Program-made: the position numbers and the translations under genes | Shown here: piece after piece, positions 29,638 to 39,597 of the stretch | How the letters are laid out: each line of letters opens with the position of its first letter | Numbering within the stretch: position 1 is the stretch's first letter | UHGV virus genome: UHGV-1882326 | Direction: 5' to 3' (one strand) | Origin: a virus | DNA length: 64,000 nucleotides | Notes under the pieces: model-generated | Told to the model about the DNA's origin: nothing | The model's input: the letters and a program-made list of their open reading frames with translations, nothing else | Database searches by the model: none

Positions 29638-30186
29638 TTACTGAACTCTCTCTAAAATCCAAGCAGGTTCACTATCAGCACCAATAGCAATAGGCATAGA
29701 CTTACGGATAGCAAATCTTAAACCTGCATAAGCACTTGTAGCTTCTGTAAGAGCCTTCCAACCGGTACCTGCGGTATATTCTACATACTTAGCTGTAGCA
29801 CCAATAGTAGCAGGGTCTTGTGCATTTGCAAAGAACGGAGTGGTAAGCTGTACGCAATCACCAATCTGTACGGAAATTACATCAAAATCTGTGTTCTTAA
29901 CATTGGTGTAATTTCTTGGGTCAACACCAATACCTTTGTACAATAAAGTACCATCTGGCAGAACATTAACTTCTGGGGCGCAAGCCATCCAATACTGAGC
30001 ATGTTTACCTGCGTCACCTAAAGGAGTAGCTGTCCATACAAATCCCTTACCTGCTATTTCAGTGAAACCAGTTTCAAGAGTAACTACAGTACCATTCATA
30101 ACATCAGTATCACAAATAGCAGAACGATTATAAGCGTCTACGTTATCAGCCGCAACTCTGGATAAAACTAAAACTGTATTAGCCAT
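29638..30186 (-). CDS. hypothetical head protein (decoration/accessory)
   Basis: 182-aa ORF between the scaffold and capsid genes. Confidence 0.3.
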   Translation of the reverse strand: MANTVLVLSRVAADNVDAYNRSAICDTDVMNGTVVTLETGFTEIAGKGFVWTATPLGDAGKHAQYWMACAPEVNVLPDGTLLYKGIGVDPRNYTNVKNTDFDVISVQIGDCVQLTTPFFANAQDPATIGATAKYVEYTAGTGWKALTEATSAYAGLRFAIRKSMPIAIGADSEPAWILERVQ

Positions 30187-30219
30187 ATTTTTATTACCTC
30201 ACTTTTCTTATTATTTTTA

Positions 30220-31953
30220 TTAATCAGCCCATAAGCCAGTATTCTTAGAACCTTCAACAGGTGCGCCCATACGCCATAATCCCTGTCTTTGTTTATTAGA
30301 CTTTTTACTTGCTTCAAAAGCTACACTCTTAACCTTATTCTTCCAACCGTCTAATTCAGACATTTTGCAAAGTTTTCCTTCACTTTCAAACTTTTCAAAA
30401 TCATCTTTCTCAACGAAATTCTTAACTTCTTCAAGAGTTTTTGCAACTTCCATTTCAATAGACTTTTTCTCAGTGTCCTCTTTAAATTTTTTCAACTCAC
30501 CAAGTTCTGTATCTTTTTGCATGATAATATTATCTCTTTCCTCTAAATCTTTAGCAAGTTTTTCATTCTTTCTCGCTTCTTCTTCTAACATTTCACAATA
30601 AGCAGAAGCATCCACATTAGCATCGGTAGAAAGTTTCTTAATGAAATCTACACAGTCAGACATAGTAATTGCTTTATCATCTTTCTTGTTTTTATCATCT
30701 GTTTTTTCTTCCATTTTCTGAACTTTATCTTTTTTTACAGTGTTCCACTTAATATCAGCAGAAACCTTTTTATCGTCTTTACTAACTTTAACATCAGCTT
30801 CAACACGATACCTTTCATCACCTTTGGTATAAATAATATGGTCTTTTTCTACGGAATCAACATAGACATCTTTACCCTCATGGTCTTGAACCTTAGCAAT
30901 AATATCACCCCATGCTTTTCTTCCTTCAATTTCAAATTTCTGTTCTTGCATAGTTTTACTTTCCTTTCCTTTACTCTCTTTATTATCGTCATTATCTTCA
31001 ATATCAAGACTTTTATAAATCTTTTCAATTTTAGACACAACATCAGTTTCATTTTCAGCTTTAGCATAACCTAAAGCAGAACTTAAACCATTACGATTAT
31101 ATACTAAAGTATCACCTTTAAACTGCATAACTGGATATTTCAGTTTATCAGATGGTGCGTCTTTCCAACCATTTTCTACTTTCATGTATACATCTTTAAC
31201 GAGAGTATCAGCATTAGAAGCGTCAACAATTTTCTTATAAAGTTCAGTCTTATCCACATTACCCCATGGTGTATCTACCATAGAATCCTTAGATTTATCT
31301 ACTTTATATGTTTTCTTTTCCATGTTTACCCTCCTTTCTTTTACGAATTTCTTTAATTCAGATAAACTATTACTTTTGCAATTTTCGTAAAATTTATTAG
31401 CTTTTTCTTCAAACTTTACCAATTTTGCATTTGCTCCGGGACTACTTGGATTTATCCTTTTGCCCAGAACAGTTAAACCTACGATACAAAAATTGGAAAT
31501 CAAATTATTATCAACTTCACCGTTTTCCAATTCTGTGCCTACGGTCAACATTTCCACTGATACGCTTCTGCGATTATCGTTATATTTAAACATATTATAC
31601 ACATCTTCTGCATAAATCTTAGAAATAACAAAATCACATATTGCTAAAAGATAGCCGTCTTTATCATATTCAAAGCGAATATCTTGATTTTCAGGAATCC
31701 TTCCAGATATGCACTCGTCAACCGTATGACCTTCACCATCTTTTGTATAAGGATTTACCTTACACACAAGCCATTTACCCTTTATTGTATCAGCACAATT
31801 TCTTAATACTTCTTCTGAAATAACTAGCCCATGGGTATTAGGTCTTGTACTCAAAAAAAGTGTAGTTCCATAGGCAAATTCTGGGTCATCATCATCAACA
31901 AATTTTTCAATAACATCTACTGAAAAATTTCGTTTAATCTGTTTTATTTCCAA
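30220..31953 (-). CDS. scaffolding protein, possibly fused to an N-terminal prohead protease-like domain
   Basis: 577 aa. The C-terminal ~330 residues are K/E/D-rich coiled-coil, typical of scaffolds. It is positioned between the portal and capsid genes. Confidence 0.4.
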   Translation of the reverse strand: MEIKQIKRNFSVDVIEKFVDDDDPEFAYGTTLFLSTRPNTHGLVISEEVLRNCADTIKGKWLVCKVNPYTKDGEGHTVDECISGRIPENQDIRFEYDKDGYLLAICDFVISKIYAEDVYNMFKYNDNRRSVSVEMLTVGTELENGEVDNNLISNFCIVGLTVLGKRINPSSPGANAKLVKFEEKANKFYENCKSNSLSELKKFVKERRVNMEKKTYKVDKSKDSMVDTPWGNVDKTELYKKIVDASNADTLVKDVYMKVENGWKDAPSDKLKYPVMQFKGDTLVYNRNGLSSALGYAKAENETDVVSKIEKIYKSLDIEDNDDNKESKGKESKTMQEQKFEIEGRKAWGDIIAKVQDHEGKDVYVDSVEKDHIIYTKGDERYRVEADVKVSKDDKKVSADIKWNTVKKDKVQKMEEKTDDKNKKDDKAITMSDCVDFIKKLSTDANVDASAYCEMLEEEARKNEKLAKDLEERDNIIMQKDTELGELKKFKEDTEKKSIEMEVAKTLEEVKNFVEKDDFEKFESEGKLCKMSELDGWKNKVKSVAFEASKKSNKQRQGLWRMGAPVEGSKNTGLWAD

Positions 31954-32185
31954 TGAACTCCACTCTCCTTTCTTTTAATATTCCATGAGTTTCGCTCAAT
32001 TTCATATACTTATCTACAAATTTCTTATCAATCTTATAATAAGTTGCTTCTCTATCCATATACATAGGCATAAGACCATTTTCTTGTAACAACAAATTCT
32101 CTTGTGAATTGGTTACTCGCCAATAGTCTGTATCATTTAAAGGTGTACTACGAAAAATCATAATTTCACCCCTTTGATACCCCAT
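31934..32185 (-). CDS. small hypothetical protein
   Basis: 83-aa ORF. Confidence 0.25.
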   Translation of the reverse strand: MGYQRGEIMIFRSTPLNDTDYWRVTNSQENLLLQENGLMPMYMDREATYYKIDKKFVDKYMKLSETHGILKERRVEFIGNKTD

Positions 32186-32664
32186 TTGCTAATATTAAAA
32201 TCGAACTTATCAAAATCTGTAGGCATTTGTTGTGCTTTATCATTTAATGTATTTACTTGTCCCATAATGATATTGTATTTTCTAAATAACCTATACATAT
32301 CAGAAGTTACGTTTCTATCCCTATGAGCAATAGCAATGTCTACTACTTTATTCATAATTTCATAAACTTCGCTAAACTCTTTTAAGACCGTAGAAAACAT
32401 ATCAGATAAATTAGAATAATTTCTATCATCTTTATGGACTTCTGGGCGAATAGAAGATAAATTATAATTATCTTTAATTTCACTCACAACATCTGCAAGT
32501 AAAGGCATAGTATGACTTATGTTAAGATGTACAATTTCTCCTGCGTTTGGCATAGAAAAATCGTTTAGCATAACAGAAGCTACTCTATCCAAAGTTGCGT
32601 TCAAATCAAAAAACGCTCCATACAGCACGTCTAACGCTTCACTTGTTTCTTCATGTATCAACAA
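32158..32664 (-). CDS. hypothetical head morphogenesis protein
   Basis: 168-aa ORF. Confidence 0.3.
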   Translation of the reverse strand: MLIHEETSEALDVLYGAFFDLNATLDRVASVMLNDFSMPNAGEIVHLNISHTMPLLADVVSEIKDNYNLSSIRPEVHKDDRNYSNLSDMFSTVLKEFSEVYEIMNKVVDIAIAHRDRNVTSDMYRLFRKYNIIMGQVNTLNDKAQQMPTDFDKFDFNISKWGIKGVKL

Positions 32665-32718
32665 ATCAACTCACCTCTTTCAACCAGTGTTACTCACTGT
32701 TACTAATCAGTACCTAGT

Positions 32719-32749
32719 CAACTACCCACAAGCTAAAGCTAATGGGATT
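32719..32749. repeat. palindrome-bearing miniature element, copy B
   Basis: The sequence CAACTACCCACAAGCTAAAGCTAATGGGATT aligns with copy A over the core and flanks. Confidence 0.7.
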
Positions 32750-32761
32750 CCTTGCTCTTTT

Positions 32762-33721
32762 TCATTGATTTCGTGACCGCTCCGCAGAATCAGAAATGGC
32801 TTCTTCACTTTGAGGTCTACCAACTTGTCCACTACCCCCACTCATGGTATGAATAGACAAAAGTTGTGATAAATTGTCTAAGAAATCACTATTATGTGCT
32901 TCTTCCAACATTCTCTCAAAATCCATAGGTTTATATCCAAAAGCAGAAGCATAAGCACTTGAATTAAGCACCATACCCACATCTGCTAATTTCATAATAG
33001 CATCTTGCTTCTTTTTACGCCAAAATGGTTGTGTACATCCATCAAACGTAAACTTAAACTTAAATTGTTTAGTTTTCTGATTAGCATAGAACTCTAAGAA
33101 ATTGTTAAATTGAGTATATAATTTAGCTACAATCTCATAATCAGCAGTAATAGCCGCTTGAAGTTCTTCGTTTGACATTCTATCCGTAGCGTAAATTAAA
33201 CGGCTTGCAGAACTACCATATCCCACTGTATCTTTAGCGGCAGTAGTAGCCATATCCGTATTTTTATCCTCAAACTGTTTAAATTCAACTTCTTCAAGAG
33301 GTAAGGCAATAGAACGAACAATTTTATCTTGTGTCATAGAGTTTTTCAATCCACTAGCAACAAGTTTCATTAATCGTCCTAATGTACTTGGTTTGACTGC
33401 AAATCTATCAGCAACCTCACCAGATTTTGCAGAATCTTGCATTTTCATCTCACCGTAAAGTATACCAAAAGCACTGGCAATATCTTTATTTTTTTGTAAC
33501 TTTGCAATCTCTGTGTTATTGAAAACATTCTTTAAATACGGAGCCATAAAAGGAACACTTGCAAAATTACTTGTGTCAAACTTGAAAGCCCAGAAACCAT
33601 CATTAGGACTTGTCTGGTGATAAAGAGTAAAAGTGCCGTCACGATTACTTAAACCATTTGACGGAATATAATCTTTAAAATCTTTACCATCCCATACTTC
33701 TCTAAGGTATTTCTTAAACAC
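32762..33721 (-). CDS. portal protein, C-terminal portion (putative exon 2)
   Basis: 319-aa ORF with a GTG-initiated ORF call. The reading frame stays open further upstream, to 33748. Together with the 214-aa ORF at 35528..36172 it gives a ~530-aa product in the canonical position between TerL and the scaffold. Confidence 0.5.
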   Translation of the reverse strand: MFKKYLREVWDGKDFKDYIPSNGLSNRDGTFTLYHQTSPNDGFWAFKFDTSNFASVPFMAPYLKNVFNNTEIAKLQKNKDIASAFGILYGEMKMQDSAKSGEVADRFAVKPSTLGRLMKLVASGLKNSMTQDKIVRSIALPLEEVEFKQFEDKNTDMATTAAKDTVGYGSSASRLIYATDRMSNEELQAAITADYEIVAKLYTQFNNFLEFYANQKTKQFKFKFTFDGCTQPFWRKKKQDAIMKLADVGMVLNSSAYASAFGYKPMDFERMLEEAHNSDFLDNLSQLLSIHTMSGGSGQVGRPQSEEAISDSAERSRNQ

Positions 33722-33837
33722 AGGAGCATAACACTGAACCTCACATAACTAAAATTACGTAATTCTTGGGAACTTCCAACTATTGTCAGAATATTTGCCA
33801 AGCTAACCCCGTAGTTCCTACGGTTTTTATATATTAT
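33722..33837 (-). ncRNA. IS605-family right end / omega-RNA scaffold region downstream of tnpB copy 1
   Basis: In minus-sense, the sequence after the tnpB stop is CCGTAGGAACTACGG (hairpin) ... AATTACGTAATTTTAG. It is conserved with the region downstream of tnpB copy 2 (GGTAGGAACTATCGG ... AATTACGAGG ... TTTTGTAG). Confidence 0.5.
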
Positions 33838-34962
33838 TTAAACACTTAAAATTCTCAATCCTTCATTCAAAATATTAATAGAAGCATTATTATCTCTATC
33901 TAATTTTGAACCACAGTTAGAACAAATCCAGTATCTAATCTCAACAGACTTTTTACCACCATTAACACCACAACAATGACAAATTTGAGAAGAAGGAAAA
34001 TATCTATCAATTACAGATAATATCTTTCCATACCATGTAGATTTATAAGTCAACATTCTACGAAATTCAGACCAAGAAACATCATTCACATGTTTATTAC
34101 GAACATTTGAGTCTGTACTTTTCATAGATTGAACATCTAAATCTTCAATACAAATAATATCATATTGTTTTACAAGATTAGTAGTCAATTTCTGTAAAAA
34201 GTCTTTACGTTGATTAGATATATGTTTTTGTAAATTTGCAACTTTAATTCTTGCTTTATTCCAATTAGAACCACCGATTGTTTTTCTCAATAACTCTCTT
34301 TGTAATTTAGCAAGTTTCTTTTCTGATTTTTCATAAAATCTAGGATTTTTAATCTTAACACCGTTAGATAAAATTGCAAAATCTACAATTCCTAAATCTA
34401 TCCCAACATTTTTATTTGTTTTTGGATATTGTGGAAATTCTATATCAGCGCAACATAATGAACAATAATAATGTCCGTTAGGTTCTTGTGATATAGTAGC
34501 ATTAAGTATTCTTCCTTGCGGAATTTGTTTATCGCGAATTTTTACACAACCTAATTTTGGAAGTTTAATATGTTTATTTTCAAATCTTATATTACCACCA
34601 GCTGTAGTTTTCATATAACTTGTAGTATAAGATTGATATCTATTTTTCTTAGACTTAAATTTTGGATACCCAGTATGCTCTTTAAAGAATTTTTGATAAG
34701 CATTATCTAAATTTTTTAATGAATTTTGTAAAGAACATTTATCTGGTTCTTTAAGCCATTCATTTTCTTTCTTTAATTGAGTAAGCATTTTACTTGTGTC
34801 ATAAAAGCTTAAACTCTTTTTATTTTCTTTATACTCAGTTATCTTTTTATCTAAAAAATAATTATAAACATATCTACAACAACCAAAAGTTTTTTGTATT
34901 AATTCTTGTTGTTTTTTATTCGGATAAATTCTATACTTAAAAGCTTTTTCCAACAATATCAC
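33838..34962 (-). CDS. tnpB: TnpB (IS200/IS605-family OrfB; RNA-guided RuvC-like nuclease)
   Basis: 374 aa. The N-terminus KAFKYRIYPNKKQQELIQKTFGCCRYVYN is the OrfB_IS605 helix. A RuvC-like split domain is followed by a C-terminal zinc finger CHCCG...CSNCGSKLDRDNNASINIL. Confidence 0.9.
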   Translation of the reverse strand: MILLEKAFKYRIYPNKKQQELIQKTFGCCRYVYNYFLDKKITEYKENKKSLSFYDTSKMLTQLKKENEWLKEPDKCSLQNSLKNLDNAYQKFFKEHTGYPKFKSKKNRYQSYTTSYMKTTAGGNIRFENKHIKLPKLGCVKIRDKQIPQGRILNATISQEPNGHYYCSLCCADIEFPQYPKTNKNVGIDLGIVDFAILSNGVKIKNPRFYEKSEKKLAKLQRELLRKTIGGSNWNKARIKVANLQKHISNQRKDFLQKLTTNLVKQYDIICIEDLDVQSMKSTDSNVRNKHVNDVSWSEFRRMLTYKSTWYGKILSVIDRYFPSSQICHCCGVNGGKKSVEIRYWICSNCGSKLDRDNNASINILNEGLRILSV

Positions 34963-35527
34963 TTCCTTTCATAAATTAACTTATAACATAAACCTATATA
35001 AATGTCAAGTTAAATTATGAAAAGAATTATTTTAGTTTAAATAACATATAAAAACCGTAAGTTACTTTAGTTATATTTGGAGGTTGTCGTTCACATAGGC
35101 TCGCTAGTTCCTATGCAGTTCTCTAATGAACTTCTTGTACTTTCATACAAGCACAGACTATATCTTATCCCTCACCATTATGTGTTAGGGCCTACCCACT
35201 TCCACACGCTTGTGTGTACTTCCCTCAAGAGGAATAGTCGTTGAAGTTTTCCTTTCGGACTTACCTGCTAATTGCCTATTTTTCAGTGTTTAGGATTTAA
35301 CCATGCACCATTCATTCAATTTTTTCTACTTTCGTCACATTCACGCTTATACCATTTAAGCACATTTTTGTGTTGTTTAAGGTATTACGTTGTAGTTTGA
35401 ATGACTTTAAGGTTTCCTAGCAATTCAAGTAGTATTGGATGCCAAAAGCATCTCTACGTGCAAGTTTCCCTACACGCTGACTATTTCGTAAAACACTTAC
35501 TTATTCATACGAATATGTATTCACGAT
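34963..35527 (-). ncRNA. group I intron ribozyme core (5' part of an IStron-like element)
   Basis: 565-nt ORF-free segment, GC-richer than the AT-rich gene background. In minus-sense it contains an R-like element UUCAACGACUAUU (complement of plus 35231..35246) and an S-like element AAGAUAUAGUCU (complement of plus 35155..35170), which can pair GACUA/UAGUC to form P7. Boundaries are approximate. Confidence 0.6.
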
Positions 35528-36172
35528 TTAATCAATGTCCACTCCTTGCATACCAATGAAGTACATCATGTCGAAGTCGAATAATAAACCACTTTCAAAA
35601 TACCCAGTTAAAATACATCTATCTTGTGGTAATGTTTGCAGAGCATATTTAGGATTATTTCTATCCATGTTTGTTCTGAAACTTGTATAATGTACTTCAT
35701 GCCTTAAAAGCTGTTTTACAACTTTTTTAAATTCTCCTTTGTAATCAAAATTATCAAGAAATTTATAAATTCTTGCTTTATCTGCTTTATAATTATCAGA
35801 CTTATAATCTTCTTTCTTAGCGTTCTTACAAGTAATCTGCAAATCAAAAGAAAGGAGATTTGTGTAGTATTCAATAGTTCTGTTATAAATCATATCGAAT
35901 ACTTCCATAAACTCACTATAAGCCTGTAAATTTGTAGCACCAGTTTTATACTCACTTAAAGCCTTTATAATATCGTCATATTTTGGAATTTTAGCATTAT
36001 TGTTAAGATTAACCAGATTTTGATTACTTAACCATGGACTATATACTCCAAAACTATCCAATCCATATAAACTCTGAGCAAAACTTACTACATCATAAAC
36101 CTGTTGTTCTGATAACATAACAGGTTCTTCTACTTTAGGAGTTAATCTTTGACTATTTTTCGTAGTTCTCAT
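35528..36172 (-). CDS. portal protein, N-terminal portion (putative exon 1, ORF runs into intron)
   Basis: 214-aa ORF immediately downstream of TerL. Its stop lies inside the intron-like segment. Confidence 0.5.
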   Translation of the reverse strand: MRTTKNSQRLTPKVEEPVMLSEQQVYDVVSFAQSLYGLDSFGVYSPWLSNQNLVNLNNNAKIPKYDDIIKALSEYKTGATNLQAYSEFMEVFDMIYNRTIEYYTNLLSFDLQITCKNAKKEDYKSDNYKADKARIYKFLDNFDYKGEFKKVVKQLLRHEVHYTSFRTNMDRNNPKYALQTLPQDRCILTGYFESGLLFDFDMMYFIGMQGVDID

Positions 36173-36243
36173 CTCCTTTCTTCAAATATTTTTTATTTAA
36201 AGGCAGTCAAATCATAGCAGTTGATAAGACCGCCTATATACAC

Positions 36244-38124
36244 TTAGAACACAAGTTGGTCTAACTCATCTAAATTGGTATCTCTTTGTTCATCTACAGC
36301 ATACTTATCGCCTATTAAGGTTGCAATATGGTTTCCGTAACTCAAAGCTACAATTTTATCCTTTGTCGCACTATTTCTGTTAGGTTCTGATAATTTCAAA
36401 ATACCGTTATTCCATGTTTGAGTTAAACTAATAGCTTCTGACATCATTAATGCAGTTTGAACATATGGCAACTTAATATTAACTTTTTCCTCAGAACTCA
36501 TAGTAAGATAATTTACATCTTCTTCAAGTTCTGTTTCAATCGTTAATTCATCCACCAAAAATTCAATCATTTCATTGTCTAGGGCTTTCTTTAAATCAAG
36601 CCACATTAAACTATTTCGTTCACTTGTACCAACAATAGGTATAATACATGGTATAGCTTCTGCATCAACTGTTTTGCCTTTAAGTTCTTGAATTTTAGCA
36701 TCTGGAACTATCTGTAAAGCAGATTCATAACAAACTGTAAATCCATGTGGATTCCAATTACTTCGTGATGGGTGTTCAAAGGGTTTAGATAACTCTGTAT
36801 AATAAAGAGTACCACCGCTTCTTTCGTCCATTACGATATAATCTGCTTGGTAATCCCAAAAGAACTCTCTAATCTTTTGTTGAAATCCCTCACTATCACT
36901 AGCAGGGTGCGTTCCAATATATTCTACTTTTCGTCTTGTCTTACCATCTTTCATAATGACAGACATACAACCAATAACACTATTATCGTTATCGTTTGTA
37001 TTGCTGTTTACAAAAGCATAATCAATGAAAAGTAAACGTTTTTCAAATTCACCTTTAGGTCTGTTACCTAAATCAGTTGACATAAATATATCCATAGGCG
37101 TAGGTGGTTTATAGGCTTTTTTTATCACTTGATTCTTTCTGAAATCTTCAAGTAAGAAGAAAGCACCCTCTGTTTCACCATACATTTCATTCAAATCTTC
37201 TGTTACAAAGTCAATATCTGAATCAAATTCTTTATCATGCCAGTAATCAGCCCATGTTTTAAGGTTAAATAAAATTGCAAGGAAAATATTAGATGCAAAG
37301 AAATTATATGTATGTTTCGTTTGTGTCATACACTTTTGAACTACAAGTTTAAATTCTTTCCAAAACCATTCATGTTTAAATCTAGCAGATGTAATATATG
37401 CTGTTTTACACTGTTCAATCCAACGTGGTAATGTTTTTCCGTCTTTATCCTTGTATTCGTCACGTAAGGTATAAGCCGCTTGTCTTGGATGCGCCATTTT
37501 AGAAAATACAGAATCAAGTATTGTCTTTTTAAGTAATCGACACTCTTCATATATAAGAAAAGTACTTCTCTCTCCCCTACTTGATTCCAAACAAGGCAAT
37601 ACAGTTATCATACTTCCGTTAATCTTTTTCAAGTCTACTTCTATAGCATCATTATTATAACGAAAGACAATATCTCCGTTATCATAATAATATTTTAAAA
37701 CAGATGAAAGTTTTTTACATAATTCATCTTCCATTTTCTTTTTAACCATCTTAGTAGCTTGGGGAATTGTGGAAGAAGTAATAACAACTTCGGCATATGG
37801 AAATAATAATGCGTGAACCATTCCTGCAAGAGCAATAATAAATGATTTACTTCCACCTCTGCTGCAAATTCCATACCATACTTGTGATATTCCAACTAAA
37901 TACAACATAACATGCTGAAACGGATAAAGTTTTATCTTTAATCTTCTTTCAGCATATATATTCCAATTACGTCTATAGAATGTTGTCCATTCCTTAATAT
38001 TTTTCTTTCTTTGTTCCCATGGTAATCTTCTGTCAGTTTTTTTCTTTTCTTCTTGTTTCTTCTTTCTTTTTTCTACAAGGCTAATAATATCTATATCTTT
38101 GTTTTCCTCTAACATAGACATCAC
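36244..38124 (-). CDS. terL: terminase large subunit
   Basis: 626 aa. Walker A-like motif GICSRGGSKSF. The C-terminal nuclease region has acidic motifs (FIDYAFVNSNTNDNDNSVIG). It is translationally coupled to the upstream gene. Confidence 0.85.
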   Translation of the reverse strand: MMSMLEENKDIDIISLVEKRKKKQEEKKKTDRRLPWEQRKKNIKEWTTFYRRNWNIYAERRLKIKLYPFQHVMLYLVGISQVWYGICSRGGSKSFIIALAGMVHALLFPYAEVVITSSTIPQATKMVKKKMEDELCKKLSSVLKYYYDNGDIVFRYNNDAIEVDLKKINGSMITVLPCLESSRGERSTFLIYEECRLLKKTILDSVFSKMAHPRQAAYTLRDEYKDKDGKTLPRWIEQCKTAYITSARFKHEWFWKEFKLVVQKCMTQTKHTYNFFASNIFLAILFNLKTWADYWHDKEFDSDIDFVTEDLNEMYGETEGAFFLLEDFRKNQVIKKAYKPPTPMDIFMSTDLGNRPKGEFEKRLLFIDYAFVNSNTNDNDNSVIGCMSVIMKDGKTRRKVEYIGTHPASDSEGFQQKIREFFWDYQADYIVMDERSGGTLYYTELSKPFEHPSRSNWNPHGFTVCYESALQIVPDAKIQELKGKTVDAEAIPCIIPIVGTSERNSLMWLDLKKALDNEMIEFLVDELTIETELEEDVNYLTMSSEEKVNIKLPYVQTALMMSEAISLTQTWNNGILKLSEPNRNSATKDKIVALSYGNHIATLIGDKYAVDEQRDTNLDELDQLVF

Positions 38125-39015
38125 CTAATCTTTCTTTCGTGGAATTAAAGGGTACTCCTTTGTACCTGCTATCAGATTCTTTACAGCAGAAACCACATAC
38201 TTAAACCAGTCAGCTTCAATATTGCAGAAATCCTTATATTTTTCCAAATCTTCACATTCACAAGGTTCAGTATTCTCTATTTCCCAAATCTGATGTTCAA
38301 GCATTTGTTCAGTTAAAGTCTTTTCTTTTTTCTGAGTAAAGTTATCAAGTTTTAAGGTTTTCATTAATTTTAAAACCATATCTTGTTCTTCTTTACCAGA
38401 ATTACCCATGTCCACTTCTTTTTTGTATCTTAATTCAGCAATACAAAGTTTACGATACAAACTCTCTTGTGCAGGTGTCAACTTAATATCATCAGTGTAG
38501 AATCCCCATCTATATTCAAGATAGGCATAATCTTCATCTGATTGCTCACCCCAGTCCAGAATTAAATCTTGTATATTTAATTTACGTTGCGTTTCTTCAT
38601 CATTGGAAGTCATAGAATTTCTATCTACATCTGTTTGTCCAAAACAATCCCATTTGTCTGATTTTTTCTTTAAAGCTAAAAAAGTTACATAATACTGTCC
38701 CCAGTAGTTATATGTACTAGACAAAGTACCCTCTTCTCTTTCTTTTTCAACTTTTTCCATCAAACCATCATATACTTTTTGTATAAACGGTATTCCTATC
38801 TCAGCACATGTTGACCATAAAGCTAACTTAATATCTCCGTATTTATTGTAATAGTTTTGATAAATCGTTTTACAACAAGTGGTACAATAAGGAACTACTT
38901 TATTTGCATGGTTTGGATTGTCAGATTTATAGAATTTCTTAATATCATAAGGTCTGTTGCAACGAATACAAAACGATTCTGTTATGGGTCTTTCTTTTCT
39001 TATAATGGTTGCCAT
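38125..39015 (-). CDS. putative terminase small subunit / DNA-packaging protein
   Basis: 296 aa. Its stop abuts the TerL start. It has an N-terminal Cys cluster (CIRCNRP...CTTCC) and an acidic C-terminus. Function is assigned by position only. Confidence 0.35.
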   Translation of the reverse strand: MATIIRKERPITESFCIRCNRPYDIKKFYKSDNPNHANKVVPYCTTCCKTIYQNYYNKYGDIKLALWSTCAEIGIPFIQKVYDGLMEKVEKEREEGTLSSTYNYWGQYYVTFLALKKKSDKWDCFGQTDVDRNSMTSNDEETQRKLNIQDLILDWGEQSDEDYAYLEYRWGFYTDDIKLTPAQESLYRKLCIAELRYKKEVDMGNSGKEEQDMVLKLMKTLKLDNFTQKKEKTLTEQMLEHQIWEIENTEPCECEDLEKYKDFCNIEADWFKYVVSAVKNLIAGTKEYPLIPRKKD

Positions 39016-39053
39016 AACTTTCCCTCGTTTCCATCAAAAAAAGAAAGACAATA

Positions 39054-39572
39054 TTATTTGCCTTTCTTTTTCTCTACGAACTCGACATAATCTGGTTCAA
39101 GCATTTCAGCTAATCTTTTTTGCTTTCTTACTCTTTTTTGCTTTTCTATCATTACTTCTCTTTGAAATTCTGGTTTTACAGCTTCTTTTACTTTAGCCGC
39201 AGACTTATTTTTTACCTTTAATGACGGTTCAAGGTTGTTTAAATATCCTTTGAGATATTCAGAGGTTTTAAATCTAACCATATACGTCAATGGTATCATA
39301 ACGTTATTTTTTTGTTTCGTCTGAATATTATATACTCTCTTGATTACACCCCCGCAAGTGGAAATCTTAAAAGTACCAATATTAGGAATATTGAAATAAC
39401 CGTTATTTTTTATTTCATCTGCCATAATTTCAATAAAAGTTTTCATACATAACTTAGCCATTTCAGTTGTGAAACTTGGTTTAGTTTTTTTAACTGAAAT
39501 GGCTATCAGTTCTGCAAGTTCGTTAGGGCTTAAAGACTTAACAATAACACCATCTTTATTAGGTCTTGCCAT
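39054..39572 (-). CDS. HU/IHF-family DNA-binding protein with C-terminal basic extension
   Basis: 172 aa. A histone-like fold (LSPNELAELIA...FTTEMAKLCMKTFIEIM...IPNIGTFKIS) is followed by a lysine-rich tail. Confidence 0.5.
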   Translation of the reverse strand: MARPNKDGVIVKSLSPNELAELIAISVKKTKPSFTTEMAKLCMKTFIEIMADEIKNNGYFNIPNIGTFKISTCGGVIKRVYNIQTKQKNNVMIPLTYMVRFKTSEYLKGYLNNLEPSLKVKNKSAAKVKEAVKPEFQREVMIEKQKRVRKQKRLAEMLEPDYVEFVEKKKGK

Positions 39573-39597
39573 AACTTATTACTCCTTTATTTTATGA

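Noticed and set aside
38125-39015. Confident small-terminase assignment
   Set aside because: Only position and coupling to TerL support it. No recognisable TerS motif was seen, so it is kept at low confidence.
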